From contig CAYFHS010000008.1 in the NCBI GenBank assembly GCA_964342815.1, forward strand, positions 1-64,000: a stretch of DNA of 64,000 nt, written 5' to 3'. Of this stretch, positions 18,883 to 29,852 are shown one piece after another (the first letter of the stretch is position 1; each line of letters begins with the position of its first letter). The notes beneath the pieces were generated by a model. It did not search any database. It was not told where the DNA came from and saw nothing but the letters and a program-made list of their open reading frames with translations. Source of the DNA: an uncultured archaeon (GTDB lineage Archaea; Thermoplasmatota; Penumbrarchaeia; JASLWR01). The position numbers and the translations under genes are program-made.

Positions 18883-19449
18883 GTGATAATTTTTTATAAT
18901 ACAAGAGCCAGAAACATCACAGGTGTCTCCATGATAATGAACGACACCTCCAAAAAACTGAAGGAGCCTACATATAATAGTTCATTTCCCAAGAGCCCTC
19001 CTCCGGACATTGGCTATTATTTCACACCGAACGATGCAACTATCGCAAACGAGCTGTGGGCTTACCAGCTTATTTTTAATAAAAGAGGGAAACCGAAATC
19101 GGTTGAGAGAAAACCGCCCAAGCCCTTCATTCATCTATCCACAAACGCCCAGGATAAGGACGGAAACGGAATTCCGGAAATTATTGCGGACGGGAAACAG
19201 CAGTGCAACATAACGGCAAGTGTAAGGGACCACAACGGAAGCCTTCTGACTTATTTCGGGGAACCTGTAACTTTTAAAACCACGGGAGGAGTTCTTTTCG
19301 ACCGGGATGTAAAGTGCAAGAACGGTGTTGCTAAGACCACACTCCGGTCGGTAGAGGAGACCCTGACCCCAACTATAACTGCCACCGCTCCGGGCTGTAT
19401 TTCCGGAGAGATGGAGATAGAGTTCGTGTTGGAGACGGTTTTTAAATGA
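18883..19449 (+). CDS. Ig-like (Big-1/invasin-type) domain protein
   Basis: IIADGKQQCNITASVRD..PVTFKTTGG..NGVAKTTLRS..TITATA; GTG start after GGGGTGAT. Confidence 0.6.
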   Translation: MIIFYNTRARNITGVSMIMNDTSKKLKEPTYNSSFPKSPPPDIGYYFTPNDATIANELWAYQLIFNKRGKPKSVERKPPKPFIHLSTNAQDKDGNGIPEIIADGKQQCNITASVRDHNGSLLTYFGEPVTFKTTGGVLFDRDVKCKNGVAKTTLRSVEETLTPTITATAPGCISGEMEIEFVLETVFK

Positions 19450-19560
19450 AATCATCCCGTAAAAAGTTGTAAATTATTGTCACAATTCTTTGCTGGACTA
19501 CTCTTTTCTGAAATATTCAGGTGGAATAGGTTGAGTTCGCGGTCTTGGAGTGGATTGCTC

Positions 19561-22326
19561 TTAAGGTTGCGGTGAAAATTGTCTATATTCCATTGGATAT
19601 TTCTCATGAACATGATCATCGGTCATGGAAACCCTATCCTCATGATATGTTTCTTCTATATCGTCATCGCTATGCTTTCTTTTTTTCAGAATGATGCCGA
19701 TCAATATCACAATTACGAGTACAATGACGATTGTCACTATTATATATACCCAAGTTGACGATAATGATCCTTCAGTACCTTCTACCGATGAAGAGATCGA
19801 AGGTTCGCTCACAATTATCTTGAAAATGATTTCCCCCGTGTTATCGGCAGCATCATGGATTGAAAGCGTAATTGTATATACTCCGGCTTTCGCGAAAACG
19901 TATTCTGCTGTTTCTGTAAATAGCTCAACAGTCCCATATTTTGATTTAATGGTCCAGGTCCGATTCGTTATTTCAACATTATCGAAACTGTTGCTGCTAT
20001 CCATTATTACTTTTTTACCCATCGTGATCTCAATTTTGTCTCCATCCTGCACATAATTACCCGATATGGAAATGTTGACTTCGGGCTCAGTTTTATCCAA
20101 TATCTTGAATTTCATATGATCGGAATTCTTATTGCCGTATCCGTCTGTAACGGTTAGAGTGACGTTATATTCACCCGGAAAAAGAAAGGTATAGAAAGTC
20201 GTTTCGTTATAAAGGTGAACAGTCATTCCCCTGTAAACAAAAGTCCATGTGTAGTTAACGATCCCAACATTATCCGATGACATTCCCCCTTTGAATGTAA
20301 TTGAACTCCCTTCATTCTGATTACGAATGCTATCGATATTTGCAATAGGTAGTATGGCGTCCTTTACAGTAAGAATGAAATAATCCGTATCCCAGTTACC
20401 CGCCATATCGGTAACCTTCAATGAGATGTTGTAATTACCCGCAATTTCAAATCTAAATTCAGTTTTCAATCCCATGATAAGTTCTTCATCACCATTGTAG
20501 GTGAATTTCCACCTGTATCCCATAATTCCTATGTTATCAGTACTGTTAGAACCGTCCAATAGAACGATTTGGTATTGTTCAACCGTCCGATCTTTTCCGG
20601 AAACAGCGGTTGGTTCAATTGTATCCAGGATATCAACTGTTATTTCCCCTTCGGAGATCGAGGTGTCCAGCTCGTTACCGTGTAAGTCCCTTAATAAATA
20701 CGAATATGCTAAAATTGACGCACTTTCCGAAATGATGATATCCGAGGCCCAAATATCATTATTTACATGTACCAATGAAATGGTCGTGTAATTATTGTAA
20801 TCATAAGTGTATTTCACGGATACCATATCTACACCGAAATTATCTGTGATAATAGCTTCAAAGGTATAATTGTCTCCGGTCGACCCAGAATTCCCTGCTC
20901 GATCCTGCACCAGTTCGGGTGGAGCGTTATCAAAAACGTCTACTGTTATTTCGGAGCTAATGTTGGTGTTATTGGAAGTATCCTTGACATATATAACATA
21001 GATCAATTCTTCCAAGCTGTTCTCAAGTGTGACCGAGCCAGTCCAATACTTGCCTTCTTTGGATAGTGATTCATTAGCGCTTGAATCTCCGTGTCTCCAT
21101 TCAACATTTACCGAAGCAACTTTTATATTGTCATGAGCGCTGATATTGAAATTAAATATATCTCCCGCGCTACCTTCTGAATCGCTGTTATCTTCATTTA
21201 AAACTGGAATTTCAGTATCTACGGGTGATGTCTGAAATACTTTTATCCAATGATCAACCCAACCCACCCTGCCATTATCATCTGTTACCCAGAGCTGTAT
21301 CCAGTACACTCCGGGATAATAGTATCTGTGACCCATCTGGTGGCAAAAATTGTGATTGGTACATTTCGCTATCTCTCCCGTACCTGTATGCCCATCACCG
21401 AAATCCCACATGTAAGAGGTTAACTCGGCCCCGACTGGGCTGTAAGAATCCGAGGCCGACATCACAATACTGTAATTGGTAACATAGCCGAAATAGTGCG
21501 GGGAATTGGGATCGGCGGGAGGTTCCAGCCACCAGTCCAGGGGATCTTGGTCGTCATCAGGCCCAATTACAGCTACGGGATTCATGGTCGGCCACTTGTA
21601 GGGAAGAACCACCCAACTCTCTTTCGACGGATAGAATGCACCGCAGTAGATGGTCATCCAATCCTCATTAACTGCCGTCCCCGGATTATCGGTAATACCA
21701 TCCGTACGCCAGAATGCCATCTGAATCTTGCCGTTCACCATGTTGCCGGGAGCCCCGTTGGAATATCCTGTGAACTGAGCCCGTATCTTCTCTTCTCTAT
21801 GTTCTCCGTCGTTTTGAGACTGGTTCCATTGTGTGGTGAATGGAGTAAAAAGAGCCTTGGTCTCGTATATCCCATCACCGTTTGCATCGAACCTCACTTC
21901 GAAATTGATCGTCTTTCCGGGTACGTAATTAGTATTAACCGTGAGGTTCACATATGGTGTGACCCCCGGTTCGTATGAGGCCTTGAGACTGTCCAATGGA
22001 TATTCTGTATTCTCATGCTTCCAGGGGAAATCGAATATCATTGCGGAATTGGGACTGTTATAGGAACTATCCAGGTTAGCGATATTGTTGTTGTTTGTTC
22101 CGCCGGAAGGTCTCTCATCCGAGAGATGCCAAATTTTCTCATCCTTATGCCATGAGTACAGCCAGTAAACATTGCGCTTCATGCCTTCTGCCAAGTAGTA
22201 TTCGTATGGAGAATCTATGATGTAACGCGTATTCTCTTTGGCAGTGGTTCTATTGCTTACTGTCATAATCATACTTGTGGCGACAAGGGTACTAATTATC
22301 AGGATCGCAATGATTTTATTGTCCAT
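19561..22326 (-). CDS. Single-pass surface protein with several PKD/Ig-like domains
   Basis: Signal peptide; YMWDFGDG, YRWKF..YNISLKVTD, YTWTF..YNVTLTVTD units; C-terminal TM then KKRK; SD GGAGG. Confidence 0.85.
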   Translation of the reverse strand: MDNKIIAILIISTLVATSMIMTVSNRTTAKENTRYIIDSPYEYYLAEGMKRNVYWLYSWHKDEKIWHLSDERPSGGTNNNNIANLDSSYNSPNSAMIFDFPWKHENTEYPLDSLKASYEPGVTPYVNLTVNTNYVPGKTINFEVRFDANGDGIYETKALFTPFTTQWNQSQNDGEHREEKIRAQFTGYSNGAPGNMVNGKIQMAFWRTDGITDNPGTAVNEDWMTIYCGAFYPSKESWVVLPYKWPTMNPVAVIGPDDDQDPLDWWLEPPADPNSPHYFGYVTNYSIVMSASDSYSPVGAELTSYMWDFGDGHTGTGEIAKCTNHNFCHQMGHRYYYPGVYWIQLWVTDDNGRVGWVDHWIKVFQTSPVDTEIPVLNEDNSDSEGSAGDIFNFNISAHDNIKVASVNVEWRHGDSSANESLSKEGKYWTGSVTLENSLEELIYVIYVKDTSNNTNISSEITVDVFDNAPPELVQDRAGNSGSTGDNYTFEAIITDNFGVDMVSVKYTYDYNNYTTISLVHVNNDIWASDIIISESASILAYSYLLRDLHGNELDTSISEGEITVDILDTIEPTAVSGKDRTVEQYQIVLLDGSNSTDNIGIMGYRWKFTYNGDEELIMGLKTEFRFEIAGNYNISLKVTDMAGNWDTDYFILTVKDAILPIANIDSIRNQNEGSSITFKGGMSSDNVGIVNYTWTFVYRGMTVHLYNETTFYTFLFPGEYNVTLTVTDGYGNKNSDHMKFKILDKTEPEVNISISGNYVQDGDKIEITMGKKVIMDSSNSFDNVEITNRTWTIKSKYGTVELFTETAEYVFAKAGVYTITLSIHDAADNTGEIIFKIIVSEPSISSSVEGTEGSLSSTWVYIIVTIVIVLVIVILIGIILKKRKHSDDDIEETYHEDRVSMTDDHVHEKYPMEYRQFSPQP

Positions 22327-22691
22327 TATATTCCTCCGTAAACTCCAATAGACGTATACAGTTCAGAAAGTAAATCCCTGTTTTATTAAACTTTTGCACC
22401 AATTTTAAACTCTTGGTTTATTCCAATGGATATTCCAGCCTTTTAGGAGAATGATTCATACATTTGTGCTGGTTTTTATAGCTAAGTTGTTCATGAACCT
22501 TTTTAATACATGATTATATATGATTGACAACTTCAGGATCATATAGAGCCTTATTTTAAAACACAGATGGCCCAAATCGCCATAATAAAACTATTTGGTA
22601 TCTTTCCTGCCAGGACTGCACCATTCGTTTATTTACTCTAATGGATATTCCTCTCTCGTTTTAAAATCCCATTATCGGGATGTGAATTAAA

Positions 22692-25600
22692 TTAATCGAA
22701 AAACGAATCCAGATCGTCCAGTATATTCTCTAGGGAATCGTCTTTAACATCAGCATCTTCTTTTTTCTGCTCATCCTTGGATTCCTTTTCATCTATAATA
22801 TTTTCCAAAGTGGAATCGGAATCCAGCCCAAGTGATTTCTCTCTAGTGTCTTCAAAGGGTTCTTCTAAGGAAACTGTTGATTCGTCCTCTTTTTGTACAT
22901 CCGGTGGATTTATATCATCGTTTTCATTTTCTGTTGAATCCGTATGATCCGTTCGTACTTCTATTTTATCGGAACTCTCTTCCTCTTTGTTTTCTATTTC
23001 ACCAATGATATTTTCAAAAATATCGTCGCAAGACGCGAAAGCACCTTTCATCAAAGCCTCCTTTCCCTTGGTAAATTGTTCTACAATACCCGATGTATCA
23101 AGATTCAAATCTTGGAATTCCTGTAGTTTCAACAGGATCAAACCAGATTTTTCAACGAGTTTTCCATAACGCAATCGAGTTTCCATGATCATATCTTTTA
23201 TTTCCTCTATGGCTTTCCCGGCATTATCGATTTCATCATTATCAAGATCAAATCTCGCGCGCTCGAGAATCTCCAATGGTATAGAGGTATCGATGTAAGG
23301 TGGAGCTTTTTCCAGCATTTCTTTGGTCTCCGTATACTCTGCAATAATCTTTTCTTTTTTCTCGTTATCCTGAGGAAGTAAATCATCCTGTAATAATTCT
23401 TCAATATCGTTATTATCCTCCTCAGGGGGTGGAGCTGATAGATCGTCTTCGGGAGTAGGCAACTTAACCTCGGGATCCCACGAAAGCTGCGGTTCAGGAG
23501 AAAATTCTTCTTGATTCCCTTCATTCGTATAAACGTAATCCTGGCAAGTATCACACCAGTGGCATTCGTATTCAGGATAGTACTGCACCGAGGTACCGCA
23601 CGCTGGGCACAATAGGGTAGAATCGTCTAAATCCATGGGTATGGGTATCGTTTCAATCACCCTGGTATCGACATTAATAGAGGGAGAAACTGCTGGTTCC
23701 GGCTCTAATGCTGCTTCAATTATGGGGATTTCAGGAGCATCATCTTTGGCCTTCTCATGAAGGAGTATTTCGGTCTCTTGCTTTTCTTCTTGCTCCCTTT
23801 TTCGGCGGGGAAGAATAATGAATATTAAGAATAAAACTGCAATAAGTATCAATACCAACACAGCCGAACCGATCCCTATGTATAGTCCTGCAGTAGATTT
23901 TACTTCCTTGGTAAATTTCATTTCGAGGGTGGTATTAATCGCCTTTATAGCTGAACCTTTAAAGTTCAGGCAAACTGAGAAGTTGTTTTGCCCTTCCACC
24001 AGCATACTTTGTTCTATCATCATACTCCAGTTTTTTTCTGTAAATATCGGAATTTCATTTCCATTTATTGTTAACATTACGGAAAGGTTTTGAGAAATCC
24101 AGTTCACCCCAGTGATATTTCCATTCAAAATTACTGTGTTTTCTTCGGTTTTTTCAATTTCACTAAATCCAATCTCTATTGATGAGATATCAGTTACTTC
24201 AATTTCGATTATTCCAGAAAGGAGAACCTCAACGTTGTCCACTAATACGGACAGCCGGACGCTATGGATTCCGGGATTCATATATTTGTGAGCCATTATC
24301 TTTTGCTTCGACCATTTACTGTAGTTTCCATCCCCGAAGTCAAGCCGAAAACTAATTTCATTATCTGTTTCACCGGGATTGATAGTGAATCTCGCAGTTT
24401 CTCCCGTCAGTAACCTTCTTGCACTGCTGCTAAAGTCAACGGAAGGTATTTTTAAATTACCTACATCTACAGAAAAGGACCATATCTCCGAATTACAGTT
24501 TCCGAATGATATTCCATCATACGGTATGACCGTCCAGTAATAAATCTCATTTATTCTCAATGGCGGTAGTGGATATGTTTTAAGATTGGTAATGGCCAAT
24601 AATGAATTTGGATCCCTTTTTTCAACATTCACGCGTGAAAGGGAGATATAGATCATGAATCCCAGGTAATCCTTATCCTGGTCTTGAGATGACCATCGGA
24701 GCTTCCCTGAAGTATGTATCAGTACCGAACCGTTTTTTGGTGATCTTAGGTCCACAATGGGGGGATTGTTGAAATCGGTATATATGCAGCTGAATCCCTG
24801 TATGCAATAACCCATGGAGCTGGAATTGCGGGGAATTACTGACCAGTAGTACCTTTCATGATTTCTTGTGAGATCATCAGCGATAAAATATCGGTTGGAA
24901 GTGGTTCCTATCAAATGACTTGAGTTAGATTCAAGGATTGAATTCTGGTCATTACCAAGATAAATATCATAAAAAACAGGGTTATCGGTATCGGTATATG
25001 TTGCCTCCCATGTAAGATTTACTGTCCTCGTACGCAGAACGTAATTGTTTACGGGAGATCTGAGTGATGTCACAAGCTTTTCATCGGTTTTAAATATATC
25101 AATCTCAATATATTTCGAGGTGATCCCGCCATCCGAATCCCGAACCGTGAATTTCACATTATTAGACCCGATTTTGCCATTCATCGGTCTAACTGTAACG
25201 TTGTAACCCGATATTCGAATCCAATCTATGAGATCGAGGTTAACAGTTGACAGCTCATATTCCCATTTGAGTGTAGAGGTCAGATCTTTTTCATCCCCAC
25301 TCCATTCAAGGAGCGAAAATGTTCTTCTTTGATTCTCGATAAGTTTCATTGTCGACAGATTCTCTGAAATACTTGGGGGTAGGTTTATCACCTTGAACAC
25401 TTTATAGAATTCGAAAAAAGTGATATCGTCACCGTCGAATATTGATACCCGAATATCTTTCCAACCCAGGATCACATTTCGGGACTGAGTATTCTCGAAA
25501 ACCATATCGAAACCCAGAATATCAGATAGTTTTACGTCCAGGTCGGTCCAGTTTCCAGTACCATTATCCCTAATCCAGATTGATATGTTCAGATCAACGT

Positions 25601-28600
25601 TAGAGGTCTCGGTGTCATGCGTCCTCGATAGGATCATTTCAAATTTTTCAGTTCGGAAGATTTCAATTGGAGACGTTATAATCTCAGGAAGGGTCGGATA
25701 ATTATTCACCACGTTTACGAAGTTGGGATAAATCCATTGAGTAGTATTGAGACTATCGTTCAGAAGAACTTTAAGATCATACATTCCTAGCGTTGCATTT
25801 ATCTTCGGGATGAATTTCGCTGTTATGTTTCCCGATCGAGATCGCACTAAAAATATACCGGTAATATTCCACTCCATTTTTCCATTCAATCTATAGAATA
25901 CCGATATGTCCAGATGCTGCCATGAGGTTTCAACGTCATTTATATCAATTAGCGTGATATCCAAAGTCTTCGAGCGATTGATCGCCTCGGTGACGGGTTC
26001 GATTCCTTTCATTGTCGGCAGATTGTTTTTGACGAAGATGGCATTGGGAAATTCAAATTTCGAGATATTGTCCCCGTCATCAAGAGTAACCATGAAATCA
26101 TAGAATCCCAGATCAGCAAAGAAATCGGGATTGAATTGAAATGAGATATTAACGCTTTTAGAATCCAATCTACTGATCCAATTATCGTGCCAATCGAATG
26201 TTCCGTTGAGACGGTACTCAACCAGGATCACAGTATCGTCAAGAGCGGTCTCGATTTCGATAAAATCTGATATTGTCAAAATGGAATTCGAACTTCTGAA
26301 TATTTCCGCTTCCGAAATATCTAGATACTGAAATCCTGGAAGATTATTTTTCACCCTGATCTCATTGTAGTAATATAACTCGGTGGAATTCTTGCTGTCA
26401 TTCAGAATAATTCTGATATCATACAGACCTATTCTTGCGGAACTGTTCGGAATAAAATCCAATATCAGATCGTCACCCTGCCATTCAATGAATTGTAGAT
26501 AATTATTTTGCCATTGTTGGGTGCCGTTCAATCTGTACGAAACTGAAATATTGATATCATTAATTGGAGATTCCTCATCCGATATGTTGAATATGGAAAT
26601 CCTGCTTTTATTGGTTCGGTACACGATGCTAGAAGAAATGCTCACATAGTCCAGAGCAGGATGACTGTTGGTAACTGTAATTGTATTCTTATAAGATTTT
26701 TTTGTTATATTTTTAACATCATCAATTTTTACTTTTATATCATACCTGCCGAGACTAGCATTTGGACCTGGTGTAAACCGCACCGTATAATTATTTTCAT
26801 TCCACCCTATATGTGATATGTATGATTCGTTCCAATTTTGAGTAGCATTAAGTCTTTGTAGTACTGTAATATTCAGATCATAAAACGGAGTTTCCTCATC
26901 GGTTACATTAACAAAAGTGATTGTTGTGTTTGAAGTCCAGTTAAAGACAGGTTTTTTCACTATTATGGAATCATAGCTGGCTGGATTATTGGTCACATTC
27001 AGTTTTCTTGGAAATATCTGTTCAGTACGATTGATACCGTCAAAAACGACAGCTTTAAGATCATACACCCCCACAAATGCCTGGGGTTTCAGCTGAAATA
27101 CAAAAGAATAATTGGATCCCTCCCACCCTATATCCGATACGCAGGAGGACGACCACGGAGCGGTCCCGGTGAGCCTGTGCTCTAGAGACACTGTTAGATT
27201 ATTTATATTTGATTCCTCATCAGAGATATTAAGGATGGAAATAGAGGAATTGGCGGTCCAGTTGAATGTAGATCTCGATTCAGTCATACCATTAAATTTA
27301 GGTGGCTTATTGACTACGGATATCAAGTTATTATGGATATATTCTGCATTATCATCGTTATCTACAAGCGTTATCCTGAAATCATAGATTCCAATTGATG
27401 ATTTTCCATCGGGGGTGAACTTCACGCTATAATTGATACCGCTGAAGCCCAGGCTGCTCACTAACGATGAGTCCCAATTCCCATTATGCCCCTTCCGGTG
27501 GAAAACGAAGATGCTGAGATTATGGATTGCTGTTTCCTCCTCCGTTATGTTGACAAGCGTTATCGTACAGTTGGATTTCCAGTTAATTACTCCGTTTGAC
27601 AGTGAAATATTATTGTATCGGGGCAGATAATTATTTACTTTAAAGGCATTCTTGTATTTTTGTGAATAGGATACCAAACCACCTGCGTCTACTACACTGA
27701 TCAATATATCATAGGAACCAATGCGGGCATTTGCTGCGGGTGTAAAATTACAGAATAGATGTGTGGCATTGGCATAAGTCCCTGTATTATGTGAATATTT
27801 AAAATTTCCTCTATCCCCATACTTACGATGTAGTACTTTCATTTTTAATTTGTCATTGGAGTCCTCCTTGTCAGATACAGGTGCCGATATTACTATTGTT
27901 TCAGTTCGATTTACGTTTTGGAAACCGGTCAGAGAACCGATTTTGGGAGCAGTGTTCATCCAACCTACACCCCATCTTTTTAATACTGGTGTGTTCGTTC
28001 CGTTTCCGAGAAATGTTGCGTTGAGGATTATAGAATCGTGTTGATGGGGGTCTAAGGAAGTCAAGTCCGTTTTACCGGATAGGTTGATATTAACAAAGCC
28101 ATTGATAGGATTGCCAGTCTTTGCGTTGATCAGAGTGACATTCAATGATGTGTTCTCCGGTTCGGTTTTCTCCACGACCAGACAATTCCATGATAAACTG
28201 TTAGGCAGGGTTATGTTTTCGGAATCGAGGTAAGCAGTCTTATGTGATAAATTGTCCATTTCGGCTTTGTATTCGATCTTCACGTTCGTTTTATGTGCAA
28301 TCTTATTTTGATTGTAGAAACTATCCTGCCATACCCTTTTAGGTAATAGCTTTACACTCCAGCTGTCCAACGCGGGGCTGATATTGCCCTTTGAGGAGAA
28401 CCATCCTTCGATATAGAAATAACCCGACATATTCATGTCATTGATAGGTTCAAGGTCAATATTCGCCTCAGATAAGTTTTCGAAACCTGGTACGGGAGCA
28501 CTCGTTTCATAGTTACACAGAGAGATATTTATGTATGTTCCTGGGGGTTCATATTTTTTAACAAATAACGTATGCCATTTTCCTTCCCCCTTCGAGGTGT

Positions 28601-29852
28601 TCCAGGACTGAAAATATCCCGAGCTCCTGAGATTATAACTCTTGAATGTGAGTTTGTGAATATCCGAATGACATCTATACTGACTTTTCTGCCTCCCTCC
28701 ATATAAAAAAAACTCATCACTGTCACGATGATATATCATGGAAGCACCTTCACGGGCTTTCAATGATATAAATCCAGGTGTAAGTTGTGTCCAATTGTTG
28801 GAAGTGTAGTTGTAAAGCCAATTATCGTTGTAATAAGTGCTCCCATTCCGCCCGCCGAAGAGAAATACTCCGGAAAGATTTCCCACGCTATATTCTAGGC
28901 AATAAGAGTCTCGTGCCGGAGGATGAGTAAAGGGGAACATTTCAGTCCAATTGTTCAAATGAGGATCGTAAACCCACGTGTCATTGCTGGTCTGGTCTCC
29001 TCCAAACATTATGATCTTATCATTTTTCTCATCATAGCACATGGATATACGCGAACCCTCCCGGGGGTTGGCCTTCGGTTTCATCTCAGTCCAATTGTTC
29101 TGAGCCGTATCATAGAACCAGGTATCTTTGTATCTCCATTTTTTTTGTCCACCGAAGAGCATCACTGTATCATTCCATTGATTGTAGGTTATGGCAGCAT
29201 ATCCTCTCTTAGGGGGTTGAACATTGGGAGACATCTCAATCCATGTATTATTGTAGATATGATAAATCCAAGTGTCATTGAAATGCGTATTTCCTTGGAC
29301 TCCCCCGAACAACACGACTGCTGAATTCAAAGGATCATATACCATTGCCGGATGGCTCCTAGTGGAAGGTGATAGTGCAGGGAATTTTTGGGTCCAAGTA
29401 TTATTTTTTATATCGTATATCCACGTATCGTTCAGATAATTGTTGCCATTTTGATAGTGATTTCCGCCAAATAGTACTGCGATCCCAAGGGAGGGATCAT
29501 ATGCCATCCCATGTCCGTAACGGGTGGTTGGGATTTGCTGGGGGGTAATATCAACCCACTCGTAATCGGGAGATAATTCCAGTTTTGCATCGGTGCCCGT
29601 ACCATTTATTAAAAGGTTCTTATATTTCCAAATTCCATTATAATGAAAATCGTTATAACTATCCTTTCCAAGGGCATAGAAAATGTCAGAACGCGTTGTA
29701 GATAAATCATCCCCTCCAATAGCATATTTTATTTTATCGATATCTTCACAGGGGATCCCAACACCGAGATTCCTGACATCTTTAGTATAGATTGTGGAAA
29801 ACATCGCAAACAACATCACGACGAGTACCAGCATCGCCTTCATTCTATTCAT
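22692..29852 (-). CDS. Giant (~2390 aa) adhesin-like surface protein: Kelch propeller, eight tandem Ig-like repeats, FN3/PKD, TM, Zn-ribbon, acidic tail
   Basis: Kelch units (VLFGG..NDTWIYD..NNTW); eight ~107-aa repeats; TM GLYIGIGSAVLVLILIAVLFLIFIIL; CPACG..CHWCDTC; start 29852 or 29843 (track 29888). Confidence 0.85.
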   Translation of the reverse strand: MNRMKAMLVLVVMLFAMFSTIYTKDVRNLGVGIPCEDIDKIKYAIGGDDLSTTRSDIFYALGKDSYNDFHYNGIWKYKNLLINGTGTDAKLELSPDYEWVDITPQQIPTTRYGHGMAYDPSLGIAVLFGGNHYQNGNNYLNDTWIYDIKNNTWTQKFPALSPSTRSHPAMVYDPLNSAVVLFGGVQGNTHFNDTWIYHIYNNTWIEMSPNVQPPKRGYAAITYNQWNDTVMLFGGQKKWRYKDTWFYDTAQNNWTEMKPKANPREGSRISMCYDEKNDKIIMFGGDQTSNDTWVYDPHLNNWTEMFPFTHPPARDSYCLEYSVGNLSGVFLFGGRNGSTYYNDNWLYNYTSNNWTQLTPGFISLKAREGASMIYHRDSDEFFLYGGRQKSQYRCHSDIHKLTFKSYNLRSSGYFQSWNTSKGEGKWHTLFVKKYEPPGTYINISLCNYETSAPVPGFENLSEANIDLEPINDMNMSGYFYIEGWFSSKGNISPALDSWSVKLLPKRVWQDSFYNQNKIAHKTNVKIEYKAEMDNLSHKTAYLDSENITLPNSLSWNCLVVEKTEPENTSLNVTLINAKTGNPINGFVNINLSGKTDLTSLDPHQHDSIILNATFLGNGTNTPVLKRWGVGWMNTAPKIGSLTGFQNVNRTETIVISAPVSDKEDSNDKLKMKVLHRKYGDRGNFKYSHNTGTYANATHLFCNFTPAANARIGSYDILISVVDAGGLVSYSQKYKNAFKVNNYLPRYNNISLSNGVINWKSNCTITLVNITEEETAIHNLSIFVFHRKGHNGNWDSSLVSSLGFSGINYSVKFTPDGKSSIGIYDFRITLVDNDDNAEYIHNNLISVVNKPPKFNGMTESRSTFNWTANSSISILNISDEESNINNLTVSLEHRLTGTAPWSSSCVSDIGWEGSNYSFVFQLKPQAFVGVYDLKAVVFDGINRTEQIFPRKLNVTNNPASYDSIIVKKPVFNWTSNTTITFVNVTDEETPFYDLNITVLQRLNATQNWNESYISHIGWNENNYTVRFTPGPNASLGRYDIKVKIDDVKNITKKSYKNTITVTNSHPALDYVSISSSIVYRTNKSRISIFNISDEESPINDINISVSYRLNGTQQWQNNYLQFIEWQGDDLILDFIPNSSARIGLYDIRIILNDSKNSTELYYYNEIRVKNNLPGFQYLDISEAEIFRSSNSILTISDFIEIETALDDTVILVEYRLNGTFDWHDNWISRLDSKSVNISFQFNPDFFADLGFYDFMVTLDDGDNISKFEFPNAIFVKNNLPTMKGIEPVTEAINRSKTLDITLIDINDVETSWQHLDISVFYRLNGKMEWNITGIFLVRSRSGNITAKFIPKINATLGMYDLKVLLNDSLNTTQWIYPNFVNVVNNYPTLPEIITSPIEIFRTEKFEMILSRTHDTETSNVDLNISIWIRDNGTGNWTDLDVKLSDILGFDMVFENTQSRNVILGWKDIRVSIFDGDDITFFEFYKVFKVINLPPSISENLSTMKLIENQRRTFSLLEWSGDEKDLTSTLKWEYELSTVNLDLIDWIRISGYNVTVRPMNGKIGSNNVKFTVRDSDGGITSKYIEIDIFKTDEKLVTSLRSPVNNYVLRTRTVNLTWEATYTDTDNPVFYDIYLGNDQNSILESNSSHLIGTTSNRYFIADDLTRNHERYYWSVIPRNSSSMGYCIQGFSCIYTDFNNPPIVDLRSPKNGSVLIHTSGKLRWSSQDQDKDYLGFMIYISLSRVNVEKRDPNSLLAITNLKTYPLPPLRINEIYYWTVIPYDGISFGNCNSEIWSFSVDVGNLKIPSVDFSSSARRLLTGETARFTINPGETDNEISFRLDFGDGNYSKWSKQKIMAHKYMNPGIHSVRLSVLVDNVEVLLSGIIEIEVTDISSIEIGFSEIEKTEENTVILNGNITGVNWISQNLSVMLTINGNEIPIFTEKNWSMMIEQSMLVEGQNNFSVCLNFKGSAIKAINTTLEMKFTKEVKSTAGLYIGIGSAVLVLILIAVLFLIFIILPRRKREQEEKQETEILLHEKAKDDAPEIPIIEAALEPEPAVSPSINVDTRVIETIPIPMDLDDSTLLCPACGTSVQYYPEYECHWCDTCQDYVYTNEGNQEEFSPEPQLSWDPEVKLPTPEDDLSAPPPEEDNNDIEELLQDDLLPQDNEKKEKIIAEYTETKEMLEKAPPYIDTSIPLEILERARFDLDNDEIDNAGKAIEEIKDMIMETRLRYGKLVEKSGLILLKLQEFQDLNLDTSGIVEQFTKGKEALMKGAFASCDDIFENIIGEIENKEEESSDKIEVRTDHTDSTENENDDINPPDVQKEDESTVSLEEPFEDTREKSLGLDSDSTLENIIDEKESKDEQKKEDADVKDDSLENILDDLDSFFD

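Noticed and set aside
22425-22651. 12-bp repeat AATGGATATTCC (22425-22436 and 22640-22651)
   Set aside because: Short, AT-rich, no clear structure or promoter phasing; a near copy also occurs inside a CDS.
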